This document shows positions 19,897 through 29,739 of a DNA stretch of 64,000 nt, piece by piece (position 1 is the stretch's first letter; the number at the start of each line of letters is the position of its first letter). The notes beneath the pieces were generated by a model, which was not told the DNA's origin, did no database searches, and saw nothing but the letters and a program-made list of their open reading frames with translations. The translations under genes were made by a program, and so were the position numbers. This DNA comes from an uncultured Candidatus Saccharibacteria bacterium (GTDB taxonomy: Bacteria; Patescibacteriota; Saccharimonadia; CAILAD01; BJGX01): positions 151,057 to 215,056 of the forward strand of contig CAZSVP010000001.1 of the NCBI GenBank assembly GCA_964610335.1, in the 5' to 3' direction.

Positions 19897-21797
19897 TGGC
19901 AGCTATTCCAGGTATGCCCAATAAGCCTAAGATCGACCCTAAGGTAAAGGCTGAGCTTGACCGCCAAGCTTCTATCCAAGCTCAAGCCGAGAAGGTTTAT
20001 CGTGAAGGAATTGTAACTCTGCGCGATATAGTAGCTCCTAGTTCGATTGAGATCGAAAGCAACTACATCAAGATTGGCAAACGCTTTGCGCGCACATTAT
20101 TTGTTTACGGTTACCCTCGCAGTTTATTTACCGGCTGGCTATCGGGTCTAATTAATATCGATGAGGTGCTTGATATCTCACTTCATATAGAACCGGTCGA
20201 AAGTCGAGTTGTGTTGGAGAACCTCAAGAAGAAAGTAACCCAGATGGAAGCCAGTTACTCTATTAATGCCGAAAAAGGCAAGGTGCGTGACCCAGGGCTT
20301 GAAGCTGCAATTGCCGACGCTGAAGAGCTACGCGACAAGCTGCAAGTTGGAGAAGATAGGTTCTTCCGACTAGGGCTCTACTTCACTATTTACGGCAAAG
20401 ATCTCGAAGAGCTAGACGATGTGGGCCGACGAATCGAGAGTATACTTGCCACCAGCCTTACCTACACCAAGCCAACCACAGTAATGATGGAACAAGGCTT
20501 CAACTCTACCCTACCGCTTGGAACGGATCAGCTTCAAGTGAAGCGCAACATGGACACTGGCGCTATCTCGACTACTTTTCCATTCACTACGGCTAACTTA
20601 AGCCGCGATGAAGGAATATTATACGGCATCAATCGCCATAACAACGGGTTGGTATTGTTTGATCGCTTTAGTCTTGAGAATGCCAATATGGTGGTATTTG
20701 CCAAGTCTGGTGCCGGTAAGAGCTTTGCTGTTAAACTCGAGTGTTTGCGATCACTGATGTTTGGCACTGAAGTGATAATCATCGACCCTGAGAACGAGTA
20801 CAAGACACTCTGTGATGCCGTGGGTGGTAGCTTCTTACACTTAAGCCTTGCTAGCAACACGCGTATCAACCCATTTGACATCCCTACTACCATCGACCCC
20901 GAAGAGGCCGATAATGCCTTGCGGGCCAATATAATCATGCTACACGGCTTGCTACGACTTATGACTGGCGATATGAGTCCAGCTGAAGAGGCCGACCTAG
21001 ACGTGGCACTTATTAATACCTACTCGCAAAAAGGTATTACCAACGATCCACTTACTCACCAAGCATCACCTCCAGTTATGATGGATCTATACAACACCCT
21101 CAATGCTATGGGTGGTAATGGGCCGGCACTGGCGGCTCGATTACGTCGATACACCGAAGGAACTTTTGCCGGGATATTCTCTGAGCAAAGCAATGTCAAG
21201 TTGGAGAGCACATTTGTGGTATTCAATATTCGTGATCTCGAAGATGAGCTTCGCCCTATTGGCATGTATATAGTACTCAACTACATCTGGAATCGAGTAA
21301 AGACTGAGAAACGCAAACGCATCCTCGTAGTTGACGAAGCCTGGCAACTCATGCAGTACCAAGACTCGGCTATGTTTATGTTCTCAGTTGCTAAGCGCGC
21401 CCGTAAGTACTACTTAGGTCTCACTACTATCAGTCAAGACGTAGAGGACTTCTTGAGCACGCGACTTGGTCGCGCGATTGTAAACAACTCTAGTTTGCAG
21501 CTTTTGCTCAAACAAAACCCTGCAGCTGTAGAAATAGTTAGCCAGACTTTTAAACTCACCAGCGAAGAATCAAAACTACTAAGTCAGTTCCCAGTAGGAG
21601 AAGGGTTGTTTTTTGCCGGCCTAAACCACATTATATTGCGCGTACTTCCCTTCCCTGGTGAAGAACAGCTTATTACCACCAATCCCCAAGCCTTGCTTGA
21701 ACAAGCCCAACAAGAAGCAGCTGATATGGAAGCTATGGAAAAAGCCACCTTGCAGGGCAATTCAGAATCGCAACCAACCAATCCAACTGTTAGCTAG
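19896..21797 (+). CDS. virB4: VirB4/TrbE/CagE-family type IV secretion ATPase
   Basis: Walker A VVFAKSGAGKSFAV, Walker B ILVVDEAWQLM (the DEAW motif is typical of VirB4), plus GYPRSLF...GWLSGL and LDISLHI blocks. Confidence 0.85.
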   Translation: MAAIPGMPNKPKIDPKVKAELDRQASIQAQAEKVYREGIVTLRDIVAPSSIEIESNYIKIGKRFARTLFVYGYPRSLFTGWLSGLINIDEVLDISLHIEPVESRVVLENLKKKVTQMEASYSINAEKGKVRDPGLEAAIADAEELRDKLQVGEDRFFRLGLYFTIYGKDLEELDDVGRRIESILATSLTYTKPTTVMMEQGFNSTLPLGTDQLQVKRNMDTGAISTTFPFTTANLSRDEGILYGINRHNNGLVLFDRFSLENANMVVFAKSGAGKSFAVKLECLRSLMFGTEVIIIDPENEYKTLCDAVGGSFLHLSLASNTRINPFDIPTTIDPEEADNALRANIIMLHGLLRLMTGDMSPAEEADLDVALINTYSQKGITNDPLTHQASPPVMMDLYNTLNAMGGNGPALAARLRRYTEGTFAGIFSEQSNVKLESTFVVFNIRDLEDELRPIGMYIVLNYIWNRVKTEKRKRILVVDEAWQLMQYQDSAMFMFSVAKRARKYYLGLTTISQDVEDFLSTRLGRAIVNNSSLQLLLKQNPAAVEIVSQTFKLTSEESKLLSQFPVGEGLFFAGLNHIILRVLPFPGEEQLITTNPQALLEQAQQEAADMEAMEKATLQGNSESQPTNPTVS

Positions 21798-21808
21798 AAC
21801 TATATAGG

Positions 21809-22690
21809 TTAGGTGCTTTTCTTGACCTGCACAGAAACGCCTTTTTGCAGAGTCGCAGCGATGGCATCGCGACTTAGTCGGTCTATTGGAGTATTATCGC
21901 GTGATGCTAGTTGGGCAAGTGTATCCTGTACCTCTTGTTGTGTCTTGGTATCGCCTGTCACGGGATTTTGCACCGATGGAGTACTAGGAGCTGATGTAGT
22001 TGGTGTTGGTATCGCAGCGAGGTCTTGCTGGAGCTTGGCTATGGCATTGCGGTGCACACCGACCTCAACATTCTGTAGTAACTGCCCTACTTCGTTCGAA
22101 CGACCACTTTGGCTGTCTAGAACATCATCGGTGGGTACTGTTTGACTAACTGGTTGCAAGGCGCTGGCTGGTGTAGCCATCTGGGCAAGTTCGTTGGGCT
22201 GAACTGATTTAGCATCGATCACACGATTGGCTTGTTGTTGTACTTGACTAGTGTCGTCGCGCAACTGAATAGTATCGTCCTTGTAAGCACCGTGAGTATC
22301 GAGTGTGAATGCTAGCTTTTGGAGTTGTCCTTGGCTGTAGTCGCGACTTGGTTCTGGTGCCTTCACTACCTTCGGAGCTTCTTTGATAGATTTGGTATGC
22401 TCGTCCTTGTGCCAGACTAGCTTGCGGGGGCTCATGAAGTACTGTACAGAAGCTGTGAAGTAGTTTTCAAAACTTATACCCTCGCGCTGGATAAAACCTA
22501 ATGCAAACATAGTAAGGGTAATGGGTGCAGCGATAACTATTCCAACCACGATGTTAAAAGGTGCTATTAGACGGATCGCTATAAATCCCCACATCAGGCC
22601 AATTATGACGTAAATAAACTGCTTAACGCTAAGCGGACCGAGGATCTTGTCTTCGGTTTCGACATTGGATGGTACTTTGTATTGGCCCAT
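21809..22690 (-). CDS. PrgI/VirB3-like small membrane protein with an extended C-terminal tail
   Basis: Two N-terminal TM helices; its position next to VirB6-like and VirB4 matches Gram-positive T4SS organisation. Confidence 0.4.
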   Translation of the reverse strand: MGQYKVPSNVETEDKILGPLSVKQFIYVIIGLMWGFIAIRLIAPFNIVVGIVIAAPITLTMFALGFIQREGISFENYFTASVQYFMSPRKLVWHKDEHTKSIKEAPKVVKAPEPSRDYSQGQLQKLAFTLDTHGAYKDDTIQLRDDTSQVQQQANRVIDAKSVQPNELAQMATPASALQPVSQTVPTDDVLDSQSGRSNEVGQLLQNVEVGVHRNAIAKLQQDLAAIPTPTTSAPSTPSVQNPVTGDTKTQQEVQDTLAQLASRDNTPIDRLSRDAIAATLQKGVSVQVKKST

Positions 22691-22712
22691 ATCTTACTTA
22701 CCTAACTCAGGT

Positions 22713-24971
22713 CTACACTTCGGCACGGTGCCTACCCGGTGTATTACCTGAAGCATTATATCTAGCTGTATTACCGGTGCGAAATTTAGGATCCAGGTTC
22801 ACTGTGACATCTACGGTATAGTCCTTGTTGTCATCAGCACCATAGCGGCCTCGGTACTCTGGGTTTACTTGATCTACATTTAAGGCACCGGCATAGCTTC
22901 GTTCACCTGGTTTAGCTGCTTTGTTGAGCACCTTGGAAAGCTTCTCCATATTTGAGTTGAGGTGAGGTAGCTCAGGAAGATTGTGGCGCACGCGATTGGC
23001 CTGCTGTTCTTCTGACTCGGTGTAGCGTTTGGTTCCTTCCTTCTTAGCGGCTTCACCAATCTTACCTTTGCCGCCTGTGGTCTGTATCAGCGTTCGCAGT
23101 GTATCGCCATCCATCGCTTCAATCTTGTTCTTTATTACATCTTCATGTGCCTTCTTTTGTCGTCCACCTTCGGCGATTCGCTTTGCACCAGCTCTTCTCA
23201 ACCCTGGTACGTGGGAGAACTGTTTACCTACGGCAGTGTTATATTTACCACTCAGCTTGGCTAGCTGACCCTCTTGTCGGCTCTTCTCAACCGCCTCGCT
23301 ACCACGTTCGCGGGCACCACCAGCTAGCTTAGCTGAGACTGCTCCTGCGGTGAAGGCCATGAGCTCGCCGCTGAGCTTAAGACACTTAGGTATGAGGAAT
23401 AGTGCCAGTACTGGTATGAGCGCGCCAGCGAGGATTAATAAGTCGCTGCCGCTCGCTGCAGTACCACCGGTTGGTATGGTTAGTCCAATTGTCTGGAGGT
23501 AAGCGCATGTTGTGTTCCCTGTATTGCCCCTACAACCCTCTGCTATTAGCATGGTCGAAATTATGCCTGATATTGCCAGTAAGCCAGTTACCATTGGGAA
23601 CATTATGTTGAGTTTGATGAGATTGGTTCCCCACATACGAAAATATTTGTTTGTAAGAGGTAATACAGACGCTGCAATTGCCAAAGGAGCAACAAGTACC
23701 AATATGTACAAAGCAAACAAACGGAATACCATGTAAATTAAGGCTAGAATAAGTGCTGCTAAAACGCCTATCATCATAAGTAGAGCTAGCAGGAATCCGC
23801 CTACACCTGCCAATATACTTATGCCAGTACTGCCATTGCCAATTCCTGCAACAGCAAATAGTGCTATCTTTATAGGATTTTGATCTATTACAAAACCTCC
23901 ACCTGTAAGTATGTTTGGCACTGCATAGCCCAAGGTATTACCCACGTCGATTGCAAATGCACATATTAGGTAACTAAACTGTGTAAATATAATTGCCGCT
24001 ACGAGCCTAGGTAATAGCCGCTTAATAGTGTAGTTGTCAATCCCGAAGTCTATAAAGTTCATGAAGATAATTATCAAGAATACCAATACATATATGGAGT
24101 TGGCGATAGTAACGACGTTGGAGTTGGCTTGTTGTAGAGTATTGGTGCTACTAAATTGTAGTGGACGAACAATTAGTAGTGATTGCAATGGTGATTCAGG
24201 ATTGATGCAGTAGGTACCATCTGTTGGTGTACAACCATCTTCTCCGGCGGCCTTAAAACCTAATATATTCTGAATAGAGCCACTGACGGACTTAAATAGT
24301 GGACACAATAAAAACCCTAGTGTCCCAGCCGCATCCTGACACGCTTTGTCCTCATTTTCTTGAGCTGTGGCTGCAGCCACAGACCCAGTAACCCATCCCA
24401 GCCATTTATCTATCCAGGGTGCATTTGGGTACTTTGCCTCCCATGCTGCCTTATTGAAGGGGTCTTTATTGCCATCTGCGATTGAAGACGACGGTGTACA
24501 ATCTTCATAATTAATAATAGAGCAAACACCTGTAGGAGCTGGATCGTCCGCCTTGTCGGTATCAGCAAGATCCCCACAATCACTATCGGCGATGCCGCTA
24601 GAACCGTGTAAAGCCCCTCCTGCATCTATTGTAGATTCAGAAATTAAACAAAAACTATTAACCTCTTCATCATCTGCGTTTTTCTTTGTGACTACCAGGG
24701 CATCTCCATCACTACTATCTGGACTTCGGAAAATAAGCGCGGTGGCGGGCGGTGTTTGCATATTATATCGAGCCGTGCTCCAAACATCAAAGTACCAATC
24801 CTTGCTAACACAGTTAATTACTGCTGAGTTCTTCCAATTTGCTGTGTTGTCAGTTGGCCCACAGGCTAGTCCCAGCGCTTTCGCTCGATTCTGGTTAGTT
24901 GCCACAAACAGCCCAGCTAAAGATAGCAAGACAAACAGTGCTAACAACAAATTTTTACTTTTGGTAAACAT
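22713..24971 (-). CDS. VirB6/TrbL-like polytopic membrane protein with a large Cys/Asp-rich N-terminal ectodomain
   Basis: Signal peptide, ~280-aa Cys-rich ectodomain, ~8 TM helices, charged C-terminal tail; adjacent to VirB4. Confidence 0.5.
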   Translation of the reverse strand: MFTKSKNLLLALFVLLSLAGLFVATNQNRAKALGLACGPTDNTANWKNSAVINCVSKDWYFDVWSTARYNMQTPPATALIFRSPDSSDGDALVVTKKNADDEEVNSFCLISESTIDAGGALHGSSGIADSDCGDLADTDKADDPAPTGVCSIINYEDCTPSSSIADGNKDPFNKAAWEAKYPNAPWIDKWLGWVTGSVAAATAQENEDKACQDAAGTLGFLLCPLFKSVSGSIQNILGFKAAGEDGCTPTDGTYCINPESPLQSLLIVRPLQFSSTNTLQQANSNVVTIANSIYVLVFLIIIFMNFIDFGIDNYTIKRLLPRLVAAIIFTQFSYLICAFAIDVGNTLGYAVPNILTGGGFVIDQNPIKIALFAVAGIGNGSTGISILAGVGGFLLALLMMIGVLAALILALIYMVFRLFALYILVLVAPLAIAASVLPLTNKYFRMWGTNLIKLNIMFPMVTGLLAISGIISTMLIAEGCRGNTGNTTCAYLQTIGLTIPTGGTAASGSDLLILAGALIPVLALFLIPKCLKLSGELMAFTAGAVSAKLAGGARERGSEAVEKSRQEGQLAKLSGKYNTAVGKQFSHVPGLRRAGAKRIAEGGRQKKAHEDVIKNKIEAMDGDTLRTLIQTTGGKGKIGEAAKKEGTKRYTESEEQQANRVRHNLPELPHLNSNMEKLSKVLNKAAKPGERSYAGALNVDQVNPEYRGRYGADDNKDYTVDVTVNLDPKFRTGNTARYNASGNTPGRHRAEV

Positions 24972-25016
24972 TACTTATATAATATACGAGTTAATGGTAT
25001 AAATAAAACAATACTT

Positions 25017-25625
25017 ATGGTTAAATCAACATTCTCTCTCAACCGCGCGATCAAACATTGTATCACAGCAGGGCTGCTCGCTGTACTACTATCCGTATTT
25101 GTGATTATTCCCAAAGGTGCTGGCAATGTTGCACAGGCCGCCGATCCATTGCCCAACCAAATACAGGGTGAACTACCTGCTGATCAGAGGTGTGCTGACG
25201 GTTCTAACCCCAGTGTTGCTATTATTGCTGGACGAGCTACTACTATATGTGCCGATGGTAGCAACACACCCTATCAACAGCGGCAGTTGGACCAACAACA
25301 TGCCTTGGAGGCCCAAAATGCAGCACGAGCATTGGCTGATTCTGGTAGCTGCAAGTACATAAGCACCCCGTTTTTGAATGTGTTTTGTAAAGGGGCTGAT
25401 ATCAATAAAGACCCAGTATCGGTGGTGGGCTGGGTCACTACGATTCTTACAGGAGTTATGGGCTTAGCTTTAGTAATAACGTTGCTTATAAGTGCTATTC
25501 AGTTAATATCTGCCGGTGCCAGCCCAGAAATGGCGGCTAGTGCCAAAAAACGTATCAGCATAGCCGCTCTAAGCCTTGGCCTATTGATTGGACTGCAAGC
25601 TATATTAACCCTCATAGGAGTATAG
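25017..25625 (+). CDS. Pilin-like protein with an extended Cys-containing N-domain and a C-terminal TM-loop-TM pilin module
   Basis: Signal peptide; C-terminal ...LISAGASPEMAASAKKRISIAALSLGLLIG matches the paralog motif of the four downstream genes. Confidence 0.5.
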   Translation: MVKSTFSLNRAIKHCITAGLLAVLLSVFVIIPKGAGNVAQAADPLPNQIQGELPADQRCADGSNPSVAIIAGRATTICADGSNTPYQQRQLDQQHALEAQNAARALADSGSCKYISTPFLNVFCKGADINKDPVSVVGWVTTILTGVMGLALVITLLISAIQLISAGASPEMAASAKKRISIAALSLGLLIGLQAILTLIGV

Positions 25626-25629
25626 AATT

Positions 25630-25923
25630 ATGAATCCAGCTTGTACACCAGGAACAACTGGGCTATTTGCCGGGGTTAACACTTGTAGTGTGAATGGATT
25701 TATTACATTGGGTCAAAACGCCATCACGATCCTCATGGGTATTGTGGGTATGATGGCAGTAATATTCTTACTTGTTGGGGCATTTCAGTATGTTAGCTCT
25801 GCTGGCGATCCAGCACGAGCTACAAAAGCACGCAAGACCATCATGTTTGCAGTGGCTGGCTTGGTCTTAGCGCTGTCGACATATGCACTAGTCAACTACA
25901 TTAGCCAAATATTTGGTATATAA
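25630..25923 (+). CDS. VirB2/TrbC-type T4SS pilin paralog
   Basis: TM1-(Y.SSAGDP..ATKARKTI)-TM2 architecture, 97 aa. Confidence 0.6.
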   Translation: MNPACTPGTTGLFAGVNTCSVNGFITLGQNAITILMGIVGMMAVIFLLVGAFQYVSSAGDPARATKARKTIMFAVAGLVLALSTYALVNYISQIFGI

Positions 25924-25932
25924 TATAGAACT

Positions 25933-26226
25933 ATGAGAAACGGTACCCAACTAGCAGCACTTACATCAAATCTACCTGCAAGCCTGCAAAGTACGCCTTC
26001 AAGTATCAATGCAATCGCCAAAGATGTATCAAACATCTTATTCTTCTTGGTTGGAGCAGTGGCAGTAGGCGCCATTATCTATGGTGGTTTGCTTTATGCG
26101 CTTTCTGGTGGCGACCAAGGCAGGCTTGAGTCTGCTAAGAACACAATCCTATATGCGGTAGTGGGGCTGGTGGTCGCGATACTGTCATATGCAATCGTAG
26201 CTTTTGTGATTGGCGCACTTGCTTAG
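25933..26226 (+). CDS. VirB2/TrbC-type T4SS pilin paralog
   Basis: TM1-(LSGGDQGRLESAKNTILYA)-TM2, 97 aa. Confidence 0.6.
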   Translation: MRNGTQLAALTSNLPASLQSTPSSINAIAKDVSNILFFLVGAVAVGAIIYGGLLYALSGGDQGRLESAKNTILYAVVGLVVAILSYAIVAFVIGALA

Positions 26227-26272
26227 GCATGCGGATCTGGAAAAACAAGAACATTATCAAGATGCTACCCTC

Positions 26273-26301
26273 TTGAGCTTCATGAGCACAAGCTGTATAA
26301 T
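26273..26301 (+). promoter_or_regulatory. Sigma70-like promoter inside the pilin array (TTGAGC-17nt-TATAAT)
   Basis: Near-consensus hexamers with 17-nt spacing, followed by RBS AAGGAGAG and ATG at 26349. Confidence 0.5.
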
Positions 26302-26348
26302 GTGAGCCAAACCATATAAATTTGAAACTAACAAGGAGAGATACGTAT

Positions 26349-26708
26349 ATGAAAATGATTACCAAAGTCCAAGCAGTAGCTACAGGCGCAGTTACAAGTC
26401 TGCTAACAGCCGGTACTGCCGTAGCTGCAGCACCACCAGATGTCCAACAAGGCGTGAACGACGCTCAAGGTCAACTAAGTGGCACACCACTTAACCAACA
26501 GGTTGCGGCTGTTACCAACACCCTCTTGCTTATCATTGGTGTGGTAGCTGTGATTATGCTCATTATTGGTGGTTTTCGCTACGTATTCTCACAAGGTGAT
26601 GAGAAGGCAGTCAAAGGCGCCAAAGATACTATTCTCTACGCCATCATAGGTATCGTAGTAGCACTTCTCTCCTATGCCATCATCAACTTTGTAATCGGTC
26701 GATTCTAA
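26349..26708 (+). CDS. VirB2/TrbC-type T4SS pilin paralog
   Basis: Signal peptide, TM1-(FSQGDEKAVKGAKDTILYA)-TM2...GRF; start chosen at MKMITKV after the RBS. Confidence 0.65.
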   Translation: MKMITKVQAVATGAVTSLLTAGTAVAAAPPDVQQGVNDAQGQLSGTPLNQQVAAVTNTLLLIIGVVAVIMLIIGGFRYVFSQGDEKAVKGAKDTILYAIIGIVVALLSYAIINFVIGRF

Positions 26709-26737
26709 ATAATCATATTCTGGTTGGTATCTGGGCT

Positions 26738-27100
26738 ATGAAAAAGTACTCTACTCGAGCTAGCTTGGCGGTAGTATCTGCCACAGTTGTAAATGTGGCA
26801 ATTATGGGCTCACATGCAATAGCAGCTGGTGAGATTAGCACTGGAGCAAGCGCAGCTCAACCTACTGGCTCTGCAAGTAATCTGCAGACTAACATCAAGA
26901 ATATTACCAATACCCTACTAATTGCTGTGGGTGTAATATCTGTGATTATGATCATAATAGGTGGTATTCGCTATGCTCTTTCGGGTGGTGATGAGAACGG
27001 CGTTAAGGGTGCCAAAGATACTATCCTATACGCGGTGATTGGTGTGGTGGTGTCATTGTTGGCCTATGCCATAGTCAACTTCGTAATCGGCCGATTCTAA
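26738..27100 (+). CDS. VirB2/TrbC-type T4SS pilin paralog
   Basis: Signal peptide, TM1-(LSGGDENGVKGAKDTILYA)-TM2...GRF; closely similar to the previous gene. Confidence 0.65.
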   Translation: MKKYSTRASLAVVSATVVNVAIMGSHAIAAGEISTGASAAQPTGSASNLQTNIKNITNTLLIAVGVISVIMIIIGGIRYALSGGDENGVKGAKDTILYAVIGVVVSLLAYAIVNFVIGRF

Positions 27101-27112
27101 CTAGCCAAATAT

Positions 27113-27769
27113 CTACTTCTTGGCAAGCGCCAAGCCCCAAACGGCTTTGGCGCTTGCTTGTTTTAGTACACGGGCACATTCGTTCAAAGTGGCTCCACTT
27201 GTAACTACATCATCTATAACTACTACTGTACGCCCTTTTACGCGCGAGCCAAGTGCCACGAAGTTATCTGTTACCGCCTCATACCGCTGCGTTCGACCCT
27301 GGCCTATCTGCTCGGCTGAGCGCACTCTAAGCAGGGCGCGATGCAGTGGTTGATTGAGCATACTTGCTACCCCACGTGCTAGCAACTCGGCTTGGTTGTA
27401 GCCTCTTTCGCGCATACGGCCGCCACAGACAGGTACGTAGGTCAACAAAATGTCCTTTACGACCGGTATTTGCCGCGCGATTGACTTGGCAAACAAACTT
27501 GCTACATCACGGTTACCATAGTATTTGAGCTGATATATAAGTTGGTCAAGCGGTGGGTCGTAGTAATATGTCACATGTAAGACATCGAGTGAGGTTTTTG
27601 GTCGACAAGATTTGCAGGTTCGGCCATCGCCGTAGTGGTTACAATAAAAACAGGCCGCTCGACGCGGTTTTAGGTGGAGTTGCTGGCACTCAAGACACAT
27701 CAAACTACCTTGGTTGTTGCATACTACACAACAGTCGGGAGCAATCAAGTTGGCTAGTGTTCGCAACAT
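27113..27769 (-). CDS. comFC: ComFC-family competence protein (double zinc ribbon + phosphoribosyltransferase domain)
   Basis: N-terminal CxxC...CxxC pairs; C-terminal VVVIDDVVTSGATL PRTase motif. Confidence 0.75.
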   Translation of the reverse strand: MLRTLANLIAPDCCVVCNNQGSLMCLECQQLHLKPRRAACFYCNHYGDGRTCKSCRPKTSLDVLHVTYYYDPPLDQLIYQLKYYGNRDVASLFAKSIARQIPVVKDILLTYVPVCGGRMRERGYNQAELLARGVASMLNQPLHRALLRVRSAEQIGQGRTQRYEAVTDNFVALGSRVKGRTVVVIDDVVTSGATLNECARVLKQASAKAVWGLALAKK

Positions 27770-27785
27770 TATCTGGTCACCATGC

Positions 27786-27815
27786 TTGCAATTACAACGC
27801 TCATCTGATTATAAT
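27786..27815 (+). promoter_or_regulatory. Putative sigma70-type promoter of hsp20 (TTGCAA-17/18-TATAAT)
   Basis: Hexamers seen upstream of RBS GGAGGAG and ATG 27870. Confidence 0.4.
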
Positions 27816-27869
27816 AAGTTCAACGCCAATAAATTGGCAATCATAAGGTGAATGGAGGAGCTTTGACTT

Positions 27870-28316
27870 ATGGCACGTAAACGCGACGAAATTGAAGAAG
27901 AAATATTGGAAGATGAGTTTTTGGATGATGACAAGTCTACTGGCGAGCAATCTGAAGAATGGATGAACGAAGAAGAGTTCGAAGGCCAGCTAGCAGTAGA
28001 TGTTTATCAGACCAAAGACGACATAGTAGTAAAAGCCCCTATTGCTGGGGTTAAGCCCGAAGATATCGATGTGGCTATCTCTGAAGATGTAGTAACTATC
28101 CGAGGTGATCGCAAAGAGCAAGAAGTTGTTGAGAAAGATAACTTCTATGTACAGGAATGCTTCTGGGGAAGCTTTAGCCGCTCAGTGATACTACCTACTA
28201 GCACAGTGGCTGAAAAGGCCGAGGCTAGTTTGAAAGATGGCGTACTGAGTATTCGTATTCCGAAGGTAGTGCCAGAAGACAAGGTCAAGAAGATCAAGGT
28301 CAAGCCTGCGGCCTAG
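27870..28316 (+). CDS. Small heat-shock protein (Hsp20/alpha-crystallin family)
   Basis: 148 aa, acidic N-terminus, alpha-crystallin domain pattern (AVDVY..KDDIVVKAPIAG...GVLSIRIPK). Confidence 0.85.
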   Translation: MARKRDEIEEEILEDEFLDDDKSTGEQSEEWMNEEEFEGQLAVDVYQTKDDIVVKAPIAGVKPEDIDVAISEDVVTIRGDRKEQEVVEKDNFYVQECFWGSFSRSVILPTSTVAEKAEASLKDGVLSIRIPKVVPEDKVKKIKVKPAA

Positions 28317-28450
28317 CTTGCCTGGTTGGTACATATCTTTGTCATCACTTCCAGGCTTTTGTTCTACGTAGGTCGACTACGTTTCACAAAAGGCTTCAGT
28401 TCTTCCGTGATCTGTATCCAACCAATCAACCTAGAAAAATAAAACCAACT

Positions 28451-28476
28451 AAAAAACACCCGATCGGGTGTTTTTT
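28451..28476. terminator. Rho-independent terminator after hsp20 (A-tract, CACCCG-AT-CGGGTG, T-tract; possibly bidirectional)
   Basis: aaaaaacacccgatcgggtgtttttt. Confidence 0.7.
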
Positions 28477-28520
28477 AGTCTTGTAGGAACTAAGTCTCTT
28501 ATTTGAGTTGTGTTGTCTTT

Positions 28521-29015
28521 TTACATGTATGCTAGTAATACCATTACAGCCATTACAGCCATAGTAATGTCTTCACCGAGCGTAACGTAGCTCATAGGTA
28601 TCTTAAACACGGTGCCTAGACAAGCACACATCTTGATGTGTGGGTCTCGAGCACCATGCCAGGCACCAATACTATTGATAATCATCAAACAAAGCGTGAT
28701 CCAAGCGACAGGCACTATATCGAACCGGAATAGGAATGCTAGGCCAAGTGAAACTTCTATAAATGGGTATATGTATGCGTAGATATTGCTATGAGCTGCC
28801 ACTACGTCGTACATGCGATAGGCTTCGACGAATTTTGGTAGTTTAAGTGCCTTAAAGGTACCAAAGATTATAAAGAATCCTGCCATAAAGTCTAGCATGG
28901 CTTCGGTGAAGTCCAGACTGCCCCGAGCAAACATACGGTAGCCTACGAATAGCAGTATAAACAGTAGTATTGCTATCAATGGCTCGTAGTTTTTTAGTCG
29001 TCTGCGAAATGTCAT
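28521..29015 (-). CDS. DoxX/MauE-like small polytopic membrane protein
   Basis: Four TM helices, 164 aa; family assignment from general resemblance only. Confidence 0.4.
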   Translation of the reverse strand: MTFRRRLKNYEPLIAILLFILLFVGYRMFARGSLDFTEAMLDFMAGFFIIFGTFKALKLPKFVEAYRMYDVVAAHSNIYAYIYPFIEVSLGLAFLFRFDIVPVAWITLCLMIINSIGAWHGARDPHIKMCACLGTVFKIPMSYVTLGEDITMAVMAVMVLLAYM

Positions 29016-29136
29016 ATTACCATTGTAACAAAAGTACTTATGCCTGTCCTAAATTGTCTTAAGTAACAACTTAGGACAGACCCGCACAAAGCGGTGCTCA
29101 CCAGGTAATGGTAAGTTTGCCTGCCCTGTGCGGTAG

Positions 29137-29739
29137 TCAGCTGGCCAGCGCGAAGCCCGGGAGGCTGCGCTTACCCTGGAGGGTCTCGCGCACTACCTGG
29201 GCGATCAGTGGGCGCTCGGCCTGCTTGATGCGTTCATGAAGCGTTTCCTCGGTGTCACCTGTCAACACTGGCACACGCTGCTGGGCGATGATCGGGCCAT
29301 CGTCGAGCTTGGCGGTAGCCACGTGGATGGTGCAACCGGTCTCGGCTACCCCAGCTTCCAAGGCATCACGCACAGCATTGTCGCCCTTGAAGTCTGGCAG
29401 CAAAGCAGGATGGTTGTTGGTGATGCGGCCAGCGAACTTCTCGAAGATGCTTGGGCTTAGCACAGTCATGAATCCCACCATCGTGACGAAGTCGATGCCG
29501 TGTGCTTCCAGGATCTCTTCGATGCAACCGGTGTACAGCATACGATCGAAGTCGCTGCCGAAGCTGGTGCGTTCCAGGAGTACATAGTGGATGTTGTATT
29601 TGTCAGCTAGCTCGGCTGCCCGACATCCTTGTACGCGATCGGTCAATACCAGGTGTGGCCGTAGACCTTCGTCGAGCATGTGCTCCAGCAGCGTACAGCT
29701 TCCAGACACCATGGCGCACCAGCGCAGTGAAGTGTTCAT
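29137..29739 (-). CDS. purN: Phosphoribosylglycinamide formyltransferase PurN (high-GC island 1)
   Basis: NNHPALLP and GVAETGCTIHVATAKLDDGPII motifs; 200 aa; codon third positions strongly G/C. Confidence 0.8.
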   Translation of the reverse strand: MNTSLRWCAMVSGSCTLLEHMLDEGLRPHLVLTDRVQGCRAAELADKYNIHYVLLERTSFGSDFDRMLYTGCIEEILEAHGIDFVTMVGFMTVLSPSIFEKFAGRITNNHPALLPDFKGDNAVRDALEAGVAETGCTIHVATAKLDDGPIIAQQRVPVLTGDTEETLHERIKQAERPLIAQVVRETLQGKRSLPGFALAS

